Position numbers and translations under genes: made by a program
Virus record (IMG/VR): IMGVR_UViG_3300026851_000001
Length of the DNA stretch: 64,000 nucleotides
Source of the DNA: a virus
Reading direction: 5' to 3' (one strand)
The notes under the pieces: model-generated
Databases searched by the model: none
Seen by the model: the letters and a program-made list of their open reading frames with translations, nothing else
What the model was told of the DNA's origin: nothing
Part shown: positions 9,102 to 18,311 of the stretch, piece by piece
Position numbering within the stretch: the first letter of the stretch is position 1
Layout: the number at the start of each line of letters is the position of its first letter

Positions 9102-9695
9102 ATGTTCAATGAAGCAAGATTGCTGGACAAGGTTGCCTACGGCTCGGAGTTCGGGCAGGAGTTCAATACCCGAGTGAAGGCTCTGCGCTCTGGCGTTGAG
9201 CGCAGGAATGCTAACTGGTCTATGCCGCTGGGCAAGTACCGCGTGCTGTACGACCGCCTTAACGCGCCTGACCACCTATTGGTTGCTCGCGCCCACATGG
9301 CTTGCATGGGATCGCTGATCGCCTTCAGGTTCAAAGACTGGACAGACTTCGAAGCAAATGCAGAAAGCCTTGGCGAGGCCACTGGTGCGGAGCAGCAGGT
9401 ACAACTGGTCAAGGCCTACCCGTTCGGTTCGATAACGCTCTCGCGCGTCATCAAGAAGCCGGTGAATGGGTCGGTGACCATCTACGCCAACGGATCGCCG
9501 ATCAGCGCGACAATCGACTACACGACCGGCGTCGCGACCTTTACCGCCACAGATGGCGACGCAATCACCTGGTCTGGTCAGTTCGACATTCCCGTGCGGT
9601 TTGAGTCAGACCGCCTGGATGTCTCCGCAGATTCGCGCGGGCAGAATGGCCTGATCCTCTCGTCCGATGTTGGCTTGGTCGAGGTGCGTCTGTGA
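9102..9695 (+). CDS. Distal tail protein (DUF2460/GTA-type)
   Basis: SGVERRNANWS, FRFKDWTDF and FDIPVRFESD motifs. Confidence 0.85.
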   Translation: MFNEARLLDKVAYGSEFGQEFNTRVKALRSGVERRNANWSMPLGKYRVLYDRLNAPDHLLVARAHMACMGSLIAFRFKDWTDFEANAESLGEATGAEQQVQLVKAYPFGSITLSRVIKKPVNGSVTIYANGSPISATIDYTTGVATFTATDGDAITWSGQFDIPVRFESDRLDVSADSRGQNGLILSSDVGLVEVRL

Positions 9696-10606
9696 GGCGT
9701 ATCCCTGACGCGCTGCGCGCACACCTGCAGCAGCCTGTCACAACGACGTGTCGCCTGCTGAAAATCACGCTGGCGGACGGCCGCCAGTTCGGCATGACGA
9801 CCTTGGATCGAGCCGTGACTTACCAGGGCGTTGAGTACAGCGCAATCAACGGCATCAATACGTCGATCATCGCGACCGACACCGGGCTAAGCGTAGACAA
9901 CGCAGAGGCCACCGCTCTTCTTTCTTCCGATATTGAAGGGATCACGGTCGAGATGGCCCTGGCCGGCGATCTTGATGACGCCCAATGGGAAATGATGCTG
10001 ATCAACTGGGCCGATATCTCCATGGGCCACATGGTGATCGACGCGGGCGATATCGGCGAAGTGCGGATCGTAGACGATATGGTCTACATCCCGGAGCTGC
10101 TGAGCTTCGCAATGCGGCTGCAGCAGAGCATCGGGCATGTCTGGTCGCGCCGCTGCCGTGCGATTTTCGGGACTCCGGCGAACAGCCAGACAGGTTGCGG
10201 GGTTGATGCTGAATCCATGTGGCAGGCCGGCGAGGTAACGGGCATTGGCGATGAGCCTCAGCGGGTGTTCGCTGACTCCGGTTTATCAATGGACCCTGAG
10301 CCGGTACCTGGCCGCCTCCGCTGGCTGACTGGCCCCAACACATCCAATCGTCTGTATCAGGTCGAGGCCTACAGTGCTGTCAGCGGCACCATCGCTCTGC
10401 TTGAGCCGGTGCCGTTCCCTGTCGCCGTTGGCCACACATTCGAGATCCGCCGCGACTGTAACAAGTCGCCGAGCAACTGCATCGGCTACAGCAATCTTCT
10501 CAACTACAAGGGAGAGCCATTTATCCCGGTCGGCGATGGCCTGGAGACGATGACGCCCAGTGCGCAGGTGTTCGGGGGTCTGAGTGGATCAGCAATCGTC
10601 GATTGA
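9692..10606 (+). CDS. Baseplate hub / tail-tip protein (DUF2163, BR0599-type)
   Basis: N-terminal TTCRLLKITLADG; C-terminal DCNKS..NC..YSNLLNYKGEPFIP Cys motif. Confidence 0.85.
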   Translation: MRRIPDALRAHLQQPVTTTCRLLKITLADGRQFGMTTLDRAVTYQGVEYSAINGINTSIIATDTGLSVDNAEATALLSSDIEGITVEMALAGDLDDAQWEMMLINWADISMGHMVIDAGDIGEVRIVDDMVYIPELLSFAMRLQQSIGHVWSRRCRAIFGTPANSQTGCGVDAESMWQAGEVTGIGDEPQRVFADSGLSMDPEPVPGRLRWLTGPNTSNRLYQVEAYSAVSGTIALLEPVPFPVAVGHTFEIRRDCNKSPSNCIGYSNLLNYKGEPFIPVGDGLETMTPSAQVFGGLSGSAIVD

Positions 10607-11009
10607 TGCCTGCATTGCCGAGGCGCGCAGCTATATCGGTGTCAAGTGGCGGCACCGTGGGCGCTCAAGGTTCGGGATCGACTGCATCGGTCTGCTCGTC
10701 CGTGCGTGCGCGGCTGGTGGAATCCAGATGCGTGATCGCGTCGACTATGGCCGTGAGCCCTGGAAAGACGGCCTGGAACGCGAGATGCGAGAGCACTTTG
10801 GCGAACCAGTCAATGACCTTGCGGCCGGAGATGTGGTGCTGATGCGCTGGGACGAGCGGCCAGAGCCTTGCCACGTCGGCATCATCGGCTCAGACCAGTA
10901 CGGACTCACGCTGATTCACAGCTACAGCATGATCAGCGTGACAGAGCACGGCATTGACGACGCCTGGCGCAAACGAATCGTGATGGTGTTCAGACCATGG
11001 CACAGGTAG
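10584..11009 (+). CDS. NlpC/P60-family tail peptidase
   Basis: WRHRGRSRFGIDCIGL with HVGI and LIH catalytic motifs. Confidence 0.9.
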   Translation: MDQQSSIDACIAEARSYIGVKWRHRGRSRFGIDCIGLLVRACAAGGIQMRDRVDYGREPWKDGLEREMREHFGEPVNDLAAGDVVLMRWDERPEPCHVGIIGSDQYGLTLIHSYSMISVTEHGIDDAWRKRIVMVFRPWHR

Positions 11010-12019
11010 CGGTAGGTGTAGCCGGCGCAGTAGCCGGCTTTTTTATTGGTGGCCCTGCCGGCGCCTTCTACGGGTTCTCAGCCGGTATGGCGCTCGGAGG
11101 GATGCTGTTCTCCAAGACCAAACCGATACGCCAGACGCTCGGGCAGATCGCCAACCAGACAGCGAAGGAAGGCGACCCAAGAGTCATTGTGTGGGGCAGG
11201 GTGCGGCCCATCGGCGGGAACATCATTCACTGCCAGGCGCCGGTCAAGCGCTTTGTCACCACGTCCAGTAGCGGCGGCGGCAAGGGCGGCTCAAAGAAGA
11301 AACAGGAGACGAAGACAGAGCACGTTTATCGGACCTACGCCATTGGCGTATGCGAAGGTCCGATCACTGCATTCACGCGCATCTGGCGCAACAACAAGCT
11401 GGTCTACGACGGGCGTGGCACGTCATGGGGCGCCGCAAACAATCACGTCTTCTTGGGCAAGTTCAGGCTCTACTTGGGCGCCTGGAACCAGATGCCGGAC
11501 CCGACGCTACAGGCTATATGGGGCAGCGGTAATGTCCCGGCCTATCGCGGCACGGCATACATGGTGTCGATCGACGAAGACCTGACCGACCAGGGCGGAA
11601 TGGTGCCTCAATGGCAGTTCGAGGTAGAGCGCGCAGAGGGTAACTTTTTATCGTCGAGACCGTATTCCGCAGAACAGGAAGACTCGATGTATACGGACGG
11701 ACTTGCAATCGGAGGCGCTTACCCGCCCAGTCTCGTTGACGAAATGGTCACGGCAAGTCTTCCGCTTGATGGGGAACTCAGAAGTATTTATCAAGAATAC
11801 GCTGAATGGCAGATTGAAGAGATTAATCTATCCGGCTCGCCCTTAGACGGTATATTGACCGATGCTTTCAGGCAATATACCGACTGGCCGCTTGAGGAAA
11901 TGCAACTAGGCGGTGCCCCGCAAAATGGCAATCTCGACGTCAAGTTGATCGGATACACAGAATGGCAGATTGAAGAGATTAATCTATTCGGCTCGCCGTT
12001 AGACGGAACTTTAACTTGA
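10997..12019 (+). CDS. Tail-tip protein N-terminal part fused to 26-aa repeats
   Basis: YAIGVCEGPI and VPAYRGTAY motifs; repetitive acidic C-terminus. Confidence 0.75.
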   Translation: MAQVAVGVAGAVAGFFIGGPAGAFYGFSAGMALGGMLFSKTKPIRQTLGQIANQTAKEGDPRVIVWGRVRPIGGNIIHCQAPVKRFVTTSSSGGGKGGSKKKQETKTEHVYRTYAIGVCEGPITAFTRIWRNNKLVYDGRGTSWGAANNHVFLGKFRLYLGAWNQMPDPTLQAIWGSGNVPAYRGTAYMVSIDEDLTDQGGMVPQWQFEVERAEGNFLSSRPYSAEQEDSMYTDGLAIGGAYPPSLVDEMVTASLPLDGELRSIYQEYAEWQIEEINLSGSPLDGILTDAFRQYTDWPLEEMQLGGAPQNGNLDVKLIGYTEWQIEEINLFGSPLDGTLT

Positions 12020-12029
12020 GGTTTACATT

Positions 12030-13025
12030 ATGAATATATGGGTTCCCAAATTTAAAATTATTGAGCCGGATAGAGAGATCCCTGTTGCATCTGGCGGTTT
12101 AGCAGGTGAGTTTCAATTGACCGCCAGTGCACCAGGTAGGGCGCCGCGTAAAAGCCCATGGTTTAGTAATCTCATATTGAATAACGGTCTTGATTCTGCT
12201 GGTTCAACGCCTGCTTTACTTCAAAGGTGTGCAGTCGGCACAGGCACAACCGCGCCAAACATTGCGCAGAACTCACTGGTAAGTCAGATCGCTGTAACTT
12301 CTGACGTGCAGTCTAACGTCGTCGAAACCGAACCTACTACGCCGTATCGCATCACAAAGACTGTTAGGTACAGATTCGCTCAAGGTGCGGCAGCTGGGAA
12401 CTTGACGGAAGTAGCTGTGGGGACTAATACAGGAACCCCTATGAGCGCCTGGTCGCGCGAGCTAATCCGCGATCAGTTTGGGAACCCGATCTCATTTCCT
12501 GTTCTGGCTGACGAATTTCTAGATGTCACATATCGCATAACAGGTTATCCGCCGCTTTCTGATCTTGAGGGTACGATAAACATCAGCGGGACCCCTTACG
12601 ATTTCGTAATGCGCGCCGCACAAGTCGGTACAGTTTCGGGTAACACCGCAGGCTGGTCTTTCGCTTGGGCGACTGGTGCTCTATTTTTTGCGGGTGCCGG
12701 TCAGACTAACGCTTTTGAGTTTGTGGCCCGTGCGTCGAATATCGGGGGTATCACAGAGGCACCTATAGGAACGAGTTTTAACGCCAGTAGCTACACAAAC
12801 GGCTCATACTCGAACGGTAATTATTACCGCGACTCCGTACCGTTATGGGGTCTAAACGCAGGTAACGTGCCGGGAGGTATTCGCAGCGTCCAATGGACTA
12901 CCGGAAGGGCGTCGGCGACAAACGGGTCCAGGATGAATTTCCAGATTCAATATAATCCGCCAATTCCGAAGAACGACACGCAAATACTGACGCTCCCTAT
13001 GCGCCATACATGGGGCAGAACGTAA
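12030..13025 (+). CDS. Putative virion structural (tail) protein, AT-richer
   Basis: NLILNNGLD, AVGTGTTAP and GNLTEVAVG motifs; beta-rich. Confidence 0.7.
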   Translation: MNIWVPKFKIIEPDREIPVASGGLAGEFQLTASAPGRAPRKSPWFSNLILNNGLDSAGSTPALLQRCAVGTGTTAPNIAQNSLVSQIAVTSDVQSNVVETEPTTPYRITKTVRYRFAQGAAAGNLTEVAVGTNTGTPMSAWSRELIRDQFGNPISFPVLADEFLDVTYRITGYPPLSDLEGTINISGTPYDFVMRAAQVGTVSGNTAGWSFAWATGALFFAGAGQTNAFEFVARASNIGGITEAPIGTSFNASSYTNGSYSNGNYYRDSVPLWGLNAGNVPGGIRSVQWTTGRASATNGSRMNFQIQYNPPIPKNDTQILTLPMRHTWGRT

Positions 13026-13657
13026 TGCTACCGCAAAACGTATTATCGACTACTCCTGTTAGAGGTGTGTTTGCCGGTGCGCGTTCACTCGGTATAACGA
13101 ACACAATCGACTATCACGATGGGGGTATCGCAATCCAAGACCCGTCCAGGGGTCTATTGTATCAACGCTGGAGAGCCCGGTTGCTCGATGCCGGCGAGTC
13201 GGGCAGTAGGGTTATTCTTGATTCACCTAACACGCCAGAGTTCATGTTGTATCAGGAACCTGGAATAACTGAAATAAGTATAGCTTTTGATCAGAACATG
13301 AATCCCGCGCTTGCATATGTACAAGAGGGGGCGGCTAAGCTTTGGTGGTATGACAGTATGGTTGGTGAGATGGTGGTTTACAATTTGCCAACTTCCGCCA
13401 TCACGCCGAGGATCGCACTAGACGATCAGCGTTTATCTGGTCAGGGTCTGAACGATCTGATTGTCGCCTATAAAATAGGAAATAATCTCTACTATAGACA
13501 GCAACGTGACAGATTCCTAACGCAAATCGACCCGACCGCCGATCTACCAGAACCGAGCAGGACAAATCAAAGGGCGATCATTGCCTCTAGCGGAGGAATT
13601 ATTAAGATCGGACTCAGTCGTCGATTAAGATTTCAATTCATGTTGGATATCGTATGA
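13025..13657 (+). CDS. Putative virion structural protein, AT-richer
   Basis: TAATG coupling at 13023-13027; 210 aa. Confidence 0.65.
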   Translation: MLPQNVLSTTPVRGVFAGARSLGITNTIDYHDGGIAIQDPSRGLLYQRWRARLLDAGESGSRVILDSPNTPEFMLYQEPGITEISIAFDQNMNPALAYVQEGAAKLWWYDSMVGEMVVYNLPTSAITPRIALDDQRLSGQGLNDLIVAYKIGNNLYYRQQRDRFLTQIDPTADLPEPSRTNQRAIIASSGGIIKIGLSRRLRFQFMLDIV

Positions 13658-15243
13658 GCAGACCCGGATTATCCTACGAACCGATTTTGGCGGCTTGGGC
13701 TGTGGGTTCGGTAGTTCGTGAAATATGCGAACGGGCGGGTCTACCTTATGATGCGCTTGATGTTGACCTGGTTGAAGGCTACGTCGAGGGTTTTTCGACC
13801 ACCAGCGCCCAGTCCGCAGCAAGCGCCATTGATGCCCTGGCCGGCGTGTTCCTGTTCGATGCAGCTAATTACGGCGGCGTGTTGAACTTCATCCCGCGCG
13901 GCGGAAATCCGGTGGCCACCATTGAGCTGTCGGATCTGATCGACGATGGCGAGGAAATCGAGCGCTCTGTGCGCCGCGACAGCATTACCGTACCGCGCGT
14001 GATCAACCTGCAGTATTACGACACTGAAGGCGGTTTGACAGCGGATAAGCAGACCTCTGACAGAAGCCTTGACAGCCGCAGCGTCTCGGAGAACACCACT
14101 GAAACAACGGTAATCATGCGGGCCAATGACGCGGCTAAGGTCGCCGTCATCAGCCACAAGGTGGCCATCGAGGAACAGCGCGGGGAGGTTCAATTCTCGC
14201 TGCCTGATAGCTGGCTGGAGCTGACGACGGCTGACGTTGTGATATTTCGCGGCGAGCGCGTGCGCATCACTGAATGCCAGATCGATGACGGCCAGCAGAA
14301 TTACAAAGCCACCTACGACCGCCAGAGCGCATACGAAACAGAAATCAATGGCGTTCCAATCGAACAGCCGAGCGAGCCGCCTAGTCTGGTGATCAGCGAA
14401 AGCCGCATGGAGTTAATTGACTCACATATCCTTAGCAGTTCGGACGACACCTTGGGTTACTACGTGGCCGTCTCCAGCGTTGGCCTGAATTGGACCGGCG
14501 CTGTTGTCGAAATCAGCAAGGACGGCGGGGCGAACTGGATCGATAGCGATAGCACGACCAGCAACGCGATCATGGGCTCTCTCACCGCATCACTGCCAGC
14601 GCATACGCACTGGTATCGAGACGACGTTAACACGCTCACGGTGCAGCTGCTGCGCGATGACATGGAGCTCATCCCGGCGACGATGACCGAGATGCTGAAC
14701 CGGGCCAACCTTGCGCTGATCGGCGACGAGCTGATCAACTTCTCCGGCGTTAACCAGATCAGCGAGACTGAGTGGGAATTGACCGGCCTTCTACGAGGCA
14801 GGAAGGGCACCGCCGCTGTATCCCACTCTGCCGGCGAGCGGTTCGTTTTGCTTGATCGTCTTTCCCTGGCGTTCGTCGAGGCCGAGTTGTTCGAGCTCAA
14901 CCGCGAGCTGACATTCCGCGTAACTTCGTTCGGCCTGACAGACGGGCCGACCACCACGATTACGTTCCTGGGGCGGTCGCAGCAGGAGCGTCAGCCTGCC
15001 TACCTGCAGGCCGTTCGCGATGGCTCAGACCTTCATGTCAGCTGGCAGGGTGTTGGCCGGCTCGGTGGCGGCGCCAGTGTCGCCATGGGCGCCTACTTCA
15101 CTGGGTTCAGAATCACATTAGGAGCCACCACGGTCGGTACCACAGCGCGCACCGTCACAATCCCCTATAGCGCCGGCACTTTATCAGTGCGGCAACTCAA
15201 CTCGATTACCGGGCCTGGCCCGGCCGCAACGGTGACCGTATGA
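13654..15243 (+). CDS. Tail-tip / host specificity protein (Phage-tail_3-like C-terminal part)
   Basis: VVREICERAGL, LLRGRKGT and HSAGERFVLL motifs. Confidence 0.8.
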   Translation: MSRPGLSYEPILAAWAVGSVVREICERAGLPYDALDVDLVEGYVEGFSTTSAQSAASAIDALAGVFLFDAANYGGVLNFIPRGGNPVATIELSDLIDDGEEIERSVRRDSITVPRVINLQYYDTEGGLTADKQTSDRSLDSRSVSENTTETTVIMRANDAAKVAVISHKVAIEEQRGEVQFSLPDSWLELTTADVVIFRGERVRITECQIDDGQQNYKATYDRQSAYETEINGVPIEQPSEPPSLVISESRMELIDSHILSSSDDTLGYYVAVSSVGLNWTGAVVEISKDGGANWIDSDSTTSNAIMGSLTASLPAHTHWYRDDVNTLTVQLLRDDMELIPATMTEMLNRANLALIGDELINFSGVNQISETEWELTGLLRGRKGTAAVSHSAGERFVLLDRLSLAFVEAELFELNRELTFRVTSFGLTDGPTTTITFLGRSQQERQPAYLQAVRDGSDLHVSWQGVGRLGGGASVAMGAYFTGFRITLGATTVGTTARTVTIPYSAGTLSVRQLNSITGPGPAATVTV

Positions 15244-16040
15244 GCAGCGTAAACAACAACATCCCGTTTGTGCCAGAGAACACCATCGATCCTGCCGCTG
15301 GCCTGAATCTTTCAATCAACATCATCGACGCAATTATGCAGATCGCTGTCGTTTCGGTAGGTGCAAACACGCCACCAGGCAGCCCTGCTACCGGCGCGCG
15401 TTATATCGTCGGCACCTCGCCAACGGGCGCATGGGCAGGGCAGGCGAACAAACTGGCACGCTGGCTGGACAGCGTATGGTCATTCTTCGATGCTCGATAT
15501 GCCGTCAACCTGACAGACAGCCAGCTGTACATTCGCGGCGCTTCCGGTTGGGCGTCTGTCTCCGGCGGTAGCGGTATGACGAACCCGATGACGACCGCGG
15601 GCGACATTATCGTTGGCGGTACGTCTGGCTCCCCCGCGCGACTGGCCATCGGATCAGAGGGGCAAGTACCCGTTGTTCGAAGTGGTGCGCTGGTTTACGA
15701 AGACCAGGCAGGCGGCACGGTGCCGTACGCGCCCGTAGTTACTGAATCCACCACTGCACGAACTCTTTCGCTTGCCGACGCTGGGGACTACATACGTTTC
15801 ACGAATGCGTCAGCCTCTACCTGCACGGTGCCTCCGCAGTCCTCGGAGGCGTGGGCGGCTTACACAGAGATTCATGTTCGGCGAACCGGTGCAGGCAACC
15901 TGACTTTGACGCCGGGATCTGGCGTTACCCTCAACGCGCCTAGCGGCGGAACCCTAGTGTTGACTGCTGGCATGAGCGTAACGCTCAAACGCTCAGCTGA
16001 AAACGTATGGGACGTGATCGGTCAAACGGTGGCCGCATGA
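15240..16040 (+). CDS. DUF2793-like tail fibre protein
   Basis: TPPGSPATGARYIVGTSPTGAWAGQ motif. Confidence 0.75.
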   Translation: MSSVNNNIPFVPENTIDPAAGLNLSINIIDAIMQIAVVSVGANTPPGSPATGARYIVGTSPTGAWAGQANKLARWLDSVWSFFDARYAVNLTDSQLYIRGASGWASVSGGSGMTNPMTTAGDIIVGGTSGSPARLAIGSEGQVPVVRSGALVYEDQAGGTVPYAPVVTESTTARTLSLADAGDYIRFTNASASTCTVPPQSSEAWAAYTEIHVRRTGAGNLTLTPGSGVTLNAPSGGTLVLTAGMSVTLKRSAENVWDVIGQTVAA

Positions 16041-16738
16041 TCCCGGGAATTGTGGCAGGGCAGATGCGCGGGCCGTCTGGCGGCGCTACTGATCCTTTCT
16101 GGTCAAGTGTGGTGTCACTACTGCATTTCGATGGAGCTGATGACAGTACAACCTTCACCGACCAGCGCGGCAAGACTTGGACGCCTGCCAGTACGGCAAG
16201 ACTTGACACGGCGCAACAGAAATTCGGTACGGCCTCTCTTCTTCTAGAGAGTACAGGCCAGTACATCAGTACGCCTACTAGCTCAGATTTCGCCTATGGA
16301 ACCGGCGACTTCACTATCGAGTTCTGGATGCGCCCAACATCTGTTAGCGGTGCACAGCTGATCTACGACCAGAAGTCGACGACCAGCGAAACACAGCCCA
16401 GCATTCTGCTGAACACCTCAAATCTACAATTTGTCACAAACAACACGACGCGCATATCTATCAGCGGCGTAACGATAAATACCTGGCATCACGTCGCATT
16501 ATGTAGATCTGGTACGTCTACAAGACTGTTCCTCAACGGAAGTGCTGGCTCTGTCTTCACTGACTCTGCCAACTACCCCGCGCCTCCCACCGCTGTCTAC
16601 GTAGGCACGGCAGGCAATGCAGTCGGAAACGCCAGCTTTGACTTCGGCGGATGGATCGATGAGCTTAGAGTGACCAAGGGTGCCGCCCGGTATACCTCGA
16701 ACTTCACCCCGCCAACTGCAGCATTCCCCAGCAGCTGA
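16037..16738 (+). CDS. LamG/concanavalin-like domain tail protein (receptor-binding candidate)
   Basis: GDFTIEFW, WHHVALCR and IDELRVTKGAARY motifs. Confidence 0.8.
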   Translation: MIPGIVAGQMRGPSGGATDPFWSSVVSLLHFDGADDSTTFTDQRGKTWTPASTARLDTAQQKFGTASLLLESTGQYISTPTSSDFAYGTGDFTIEFWMRPTSVSGAQLIYDQKSTTSETQPSILLNTSNLQFVTNNTTRISISGVTINTWHHVALCRSGTSTRLFLNGSAGSVFTDSANYPAPPTAVYVGTAGNAVGNASFDFGGWIDELRVTKGAARYTSNFTPPTAAFPSS

Positions 16739-16749
16739 AGATTGATTCG

Positions 16750-16772
16750 GCCCGCTTCTGCGGGCTTTTTTT
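16750..16772 (+). terminator. Intrinsic terminator
   Basis: GCCCGC-TTCT-GCGGGC-T7. Confidence 0.8.
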
Positions 16773-16787
16773 GTGCCTGGAGAAATC

Positions 16788-17219
16788 ATGCGTACATCAC
16801 AGCAAGGACTTGACCTGATCAAGTCCTTCGAAGGACTGCGCCTGTCTGCCTACAAGTGCCCGGCTGACGTGTGGACTATCGGCTACGGCACGACTGCCGG
16901 CGTAAAGCCTGGGCAGGTGATCTCGAAGGAGCGTGCCGAAGAGCTGCTGCGCGAGGACGTAACCAAGGTTGAGGCGCAGGTCTTGCGCACCATCAAGGTT
17001 CAGCTGAAACAGGGCCAATTCGACGCCCTGGTGTCCTTCACCTACAACCTCGGCGCCGGAAACCTTGCCAACTCTACCCTGGCGCGATTGCTGAACGCAG
17101 GCGACTACATGGGCGCTGCGGCTCAGTTCGACCGCTGGAACAAGGCGGGCGGCAAGGTGATGAAGGGGCTTGTTGCTCGGCGCGCCGCTGAGCGTGCCAT
17201 GTTCGAGGACAGGTCATGA
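16788..17219 (+). CDS. Endolysin, GH24 lysozyme
   Basis: FEGLRLSAYKCPADVWTIGYGTT catalytic motif; no SAR segment. Confidence 0.95.
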   Translation: MRTSQQGLDLIKSFEGLRLSAYKCPADVWTIGYGTTAGVKPGQVISKERAEELLREDVTKVEAQVLRTIKVQLKQGQFDALVSFTYNLGAGNLANSTLARLLNAGDYMGAAAQFDRWNKAGGKVMKGLVARRAAERAMFEDRS

Positions 17220-17731
17220 CCGCCTGGCTAAAGCTGGTTCCCGCATGGGCCTGGTGGGTGCTTGCCTTGGCCGTTGTAGCCGGTGGGCAGCAGGTTAGGG
17301 TGCTTTCGGCCCAGGCTGTAGCCGCTGAGGCACAGACTGCGCTGGCCAACTACCGCACCGAGGTTGCAGAGCGCGACCGGCGAGCGGCGATGTTCCTCAT
17401 TCAGGAAAACCAGCGGCGCCAGGCCGCTACGGAGAAAGCAGATGCAGAAGCCCAGCAACAACTGGCTGCAGCGCGTGGCGATGCTGAGCGTGCTGGCAGT
17501 GCTCTTGAGCGGCTCAAGCTGCGCCTCGCAGCAGCTGAGCAGCGCAGTCGTGACGCCGGCAATTCCATCACTGCCCAGCTCGGCCAGGCAGCCGAAGACG
17601 CCGCCCGAATGCGTGCCGACATGCTCGGCCGGCTTGGAGCGGCTGCTGGATTCTATGCTGGCATCGCCGACCAACGAGGAATAGCTGGGGCGACGTGTGA
17701 GAAAGCGTATGACGGTTTGAGGGGGGAGTAA
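17216..17731 (+). CDS. Inner-membrane spanin (Rz-like)
   Basis: N-terminal TM plus coiled-coil, after endolysin. Confidence 0.8.
   Translation: MTAWLKLVPAWAWWVLALAVVAGGQQVRVLSAQAVAAEAQTALANYRTEVAERDRRAAMFLIQENQRRQAATEKADAEAQQQLAAARGDAERAGSALERLKLRLAAAEQRSRDAGNSITAQLGQAAEDAARMRADMLGRLGAAAGFYAGIADQRGIAGATCEKAYDGLRGE
17442..17684 (+). CDS. Embedded outer-membrane spanin (Rz1-like lipoprotein)
   Basis: Overlapping frame; hydrophobic LSVLAVLLSGSSC lipobox-like segment, then Pro-rich; start uncertain (17442 or 17481). Confidence 0.65.
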   Translation: MQKPSNNWLQRVAMLSVLAVLLSGSSCASQQLSSAVVTPAIPSLPSSARQPKTPPECVPTCSAGLERLLDSMLASPTNEE

Positions 17732-17755
17732 TTGCCCAGAGCGGGCGAGAAATGA

Positions 17756-17928
17756 TGTTGCTGAAAAGCTGCTGAGGCGTGGAGGAATCCACGGTAATCC
17801 ACAGCAACTTTCAACAACCTTGGCCAGTAAACATCAGTGTTTCCGGGCCTTGAATGGTGGAGCCGGGGGGATTTGAACCCCCGGTTATTCGGCAGATTTG
17901 CTGGCTTGCGCATGATTTGTTGCTGAAA
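17756..17928 (-). other. attP-like site 1: tmRNA 3' end core (17855-17883) with arm-type repeats
   Basis: Minus strand CGGGGGTTCAAATCCCCCCGGCTCCACCA matches the Pseudomonas ssrA 3' end as remembered; TGTTGCTGAAA at 17756 and 17918. Confidence 0.75.
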
Positions 17929-18028
17929 TGCCGCTGATCTGTTGATGTTTTCCGCGCTCGTAACCCCTGCCGGCGAGGAATCCAAAGTAGCAGGCCGCCA
18001 CTAGCAGCAACGCTGGTATTTCAATCAT
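17885..18028 (-). CDS. Small membrane protein, 47 aa (MIEIPALLLVAACYFGFLAGRGYERG...)
   Basis: SD GAGGAG; one TM segment; stops next to the tmRNA core. Confidence 0.5.
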   Translation of the reverse strand: MIEIPALLLVAACYFGFLAGRGYERGKHQQISGISATNHAQASKSAE

Positions 18029-18105
18029 GCTGACTCCTCATTATGGATTTGAACCGGCGTCCCGAACATCCTAGCCGCCTTGTTTCCTGCAGGTGGCTTA
18101 TTCCT

Positions 18106-18311
18106 CCCCAAAACCATGGCTACACGCCTGATTCTGTGGTTACGCCAGACGACGCTTTTTGCATGGCCGAAACTGGCTTAATGCTTTGATATTGAAGGAG
18201 AATCCGCGCATTGCTGCCGTGTCCCAGGCCTTGATGCCATACAGGACGTAACTCATTGATTCTCCTAGTGGTTTCGGATCGCTCCAAAACCTCTCCAAAA
18301 TTCCGCCAAAA
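18106..18311 (-). other. attP-like site 2 next to int: copy of a YffB/ArsC-family gene 5' end, IHF site and arm repeats
   Basis: AGGAGA-ATG at 18256 gives MSYVLYGIKAWDT; TATCAAAGCATTA (18179-18191) fits WATCAANNNNTTR; C(T/G)CCAAAA at 18282, 18293, 18304 and CCCCAAAA at 18106. Confidence 0.7.

Larger units (their letters stand above)
1..12272 (+). repeat. Direct repeat copy 1 (12,272 bp) of 51729-64000
   Basis: All ORFs recur at +51,728 with identical translations; window end matches position 12272. Confidence 0.97.

Noticed and set aside
11798-12016. Near-identical repeats in a tail gene as a DGR template/variable pair
   Set aside because: No reverse transcriptase in the genome, and differences include C/T and C/G changes, not only adenines. 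They are in-frame protein repeats.
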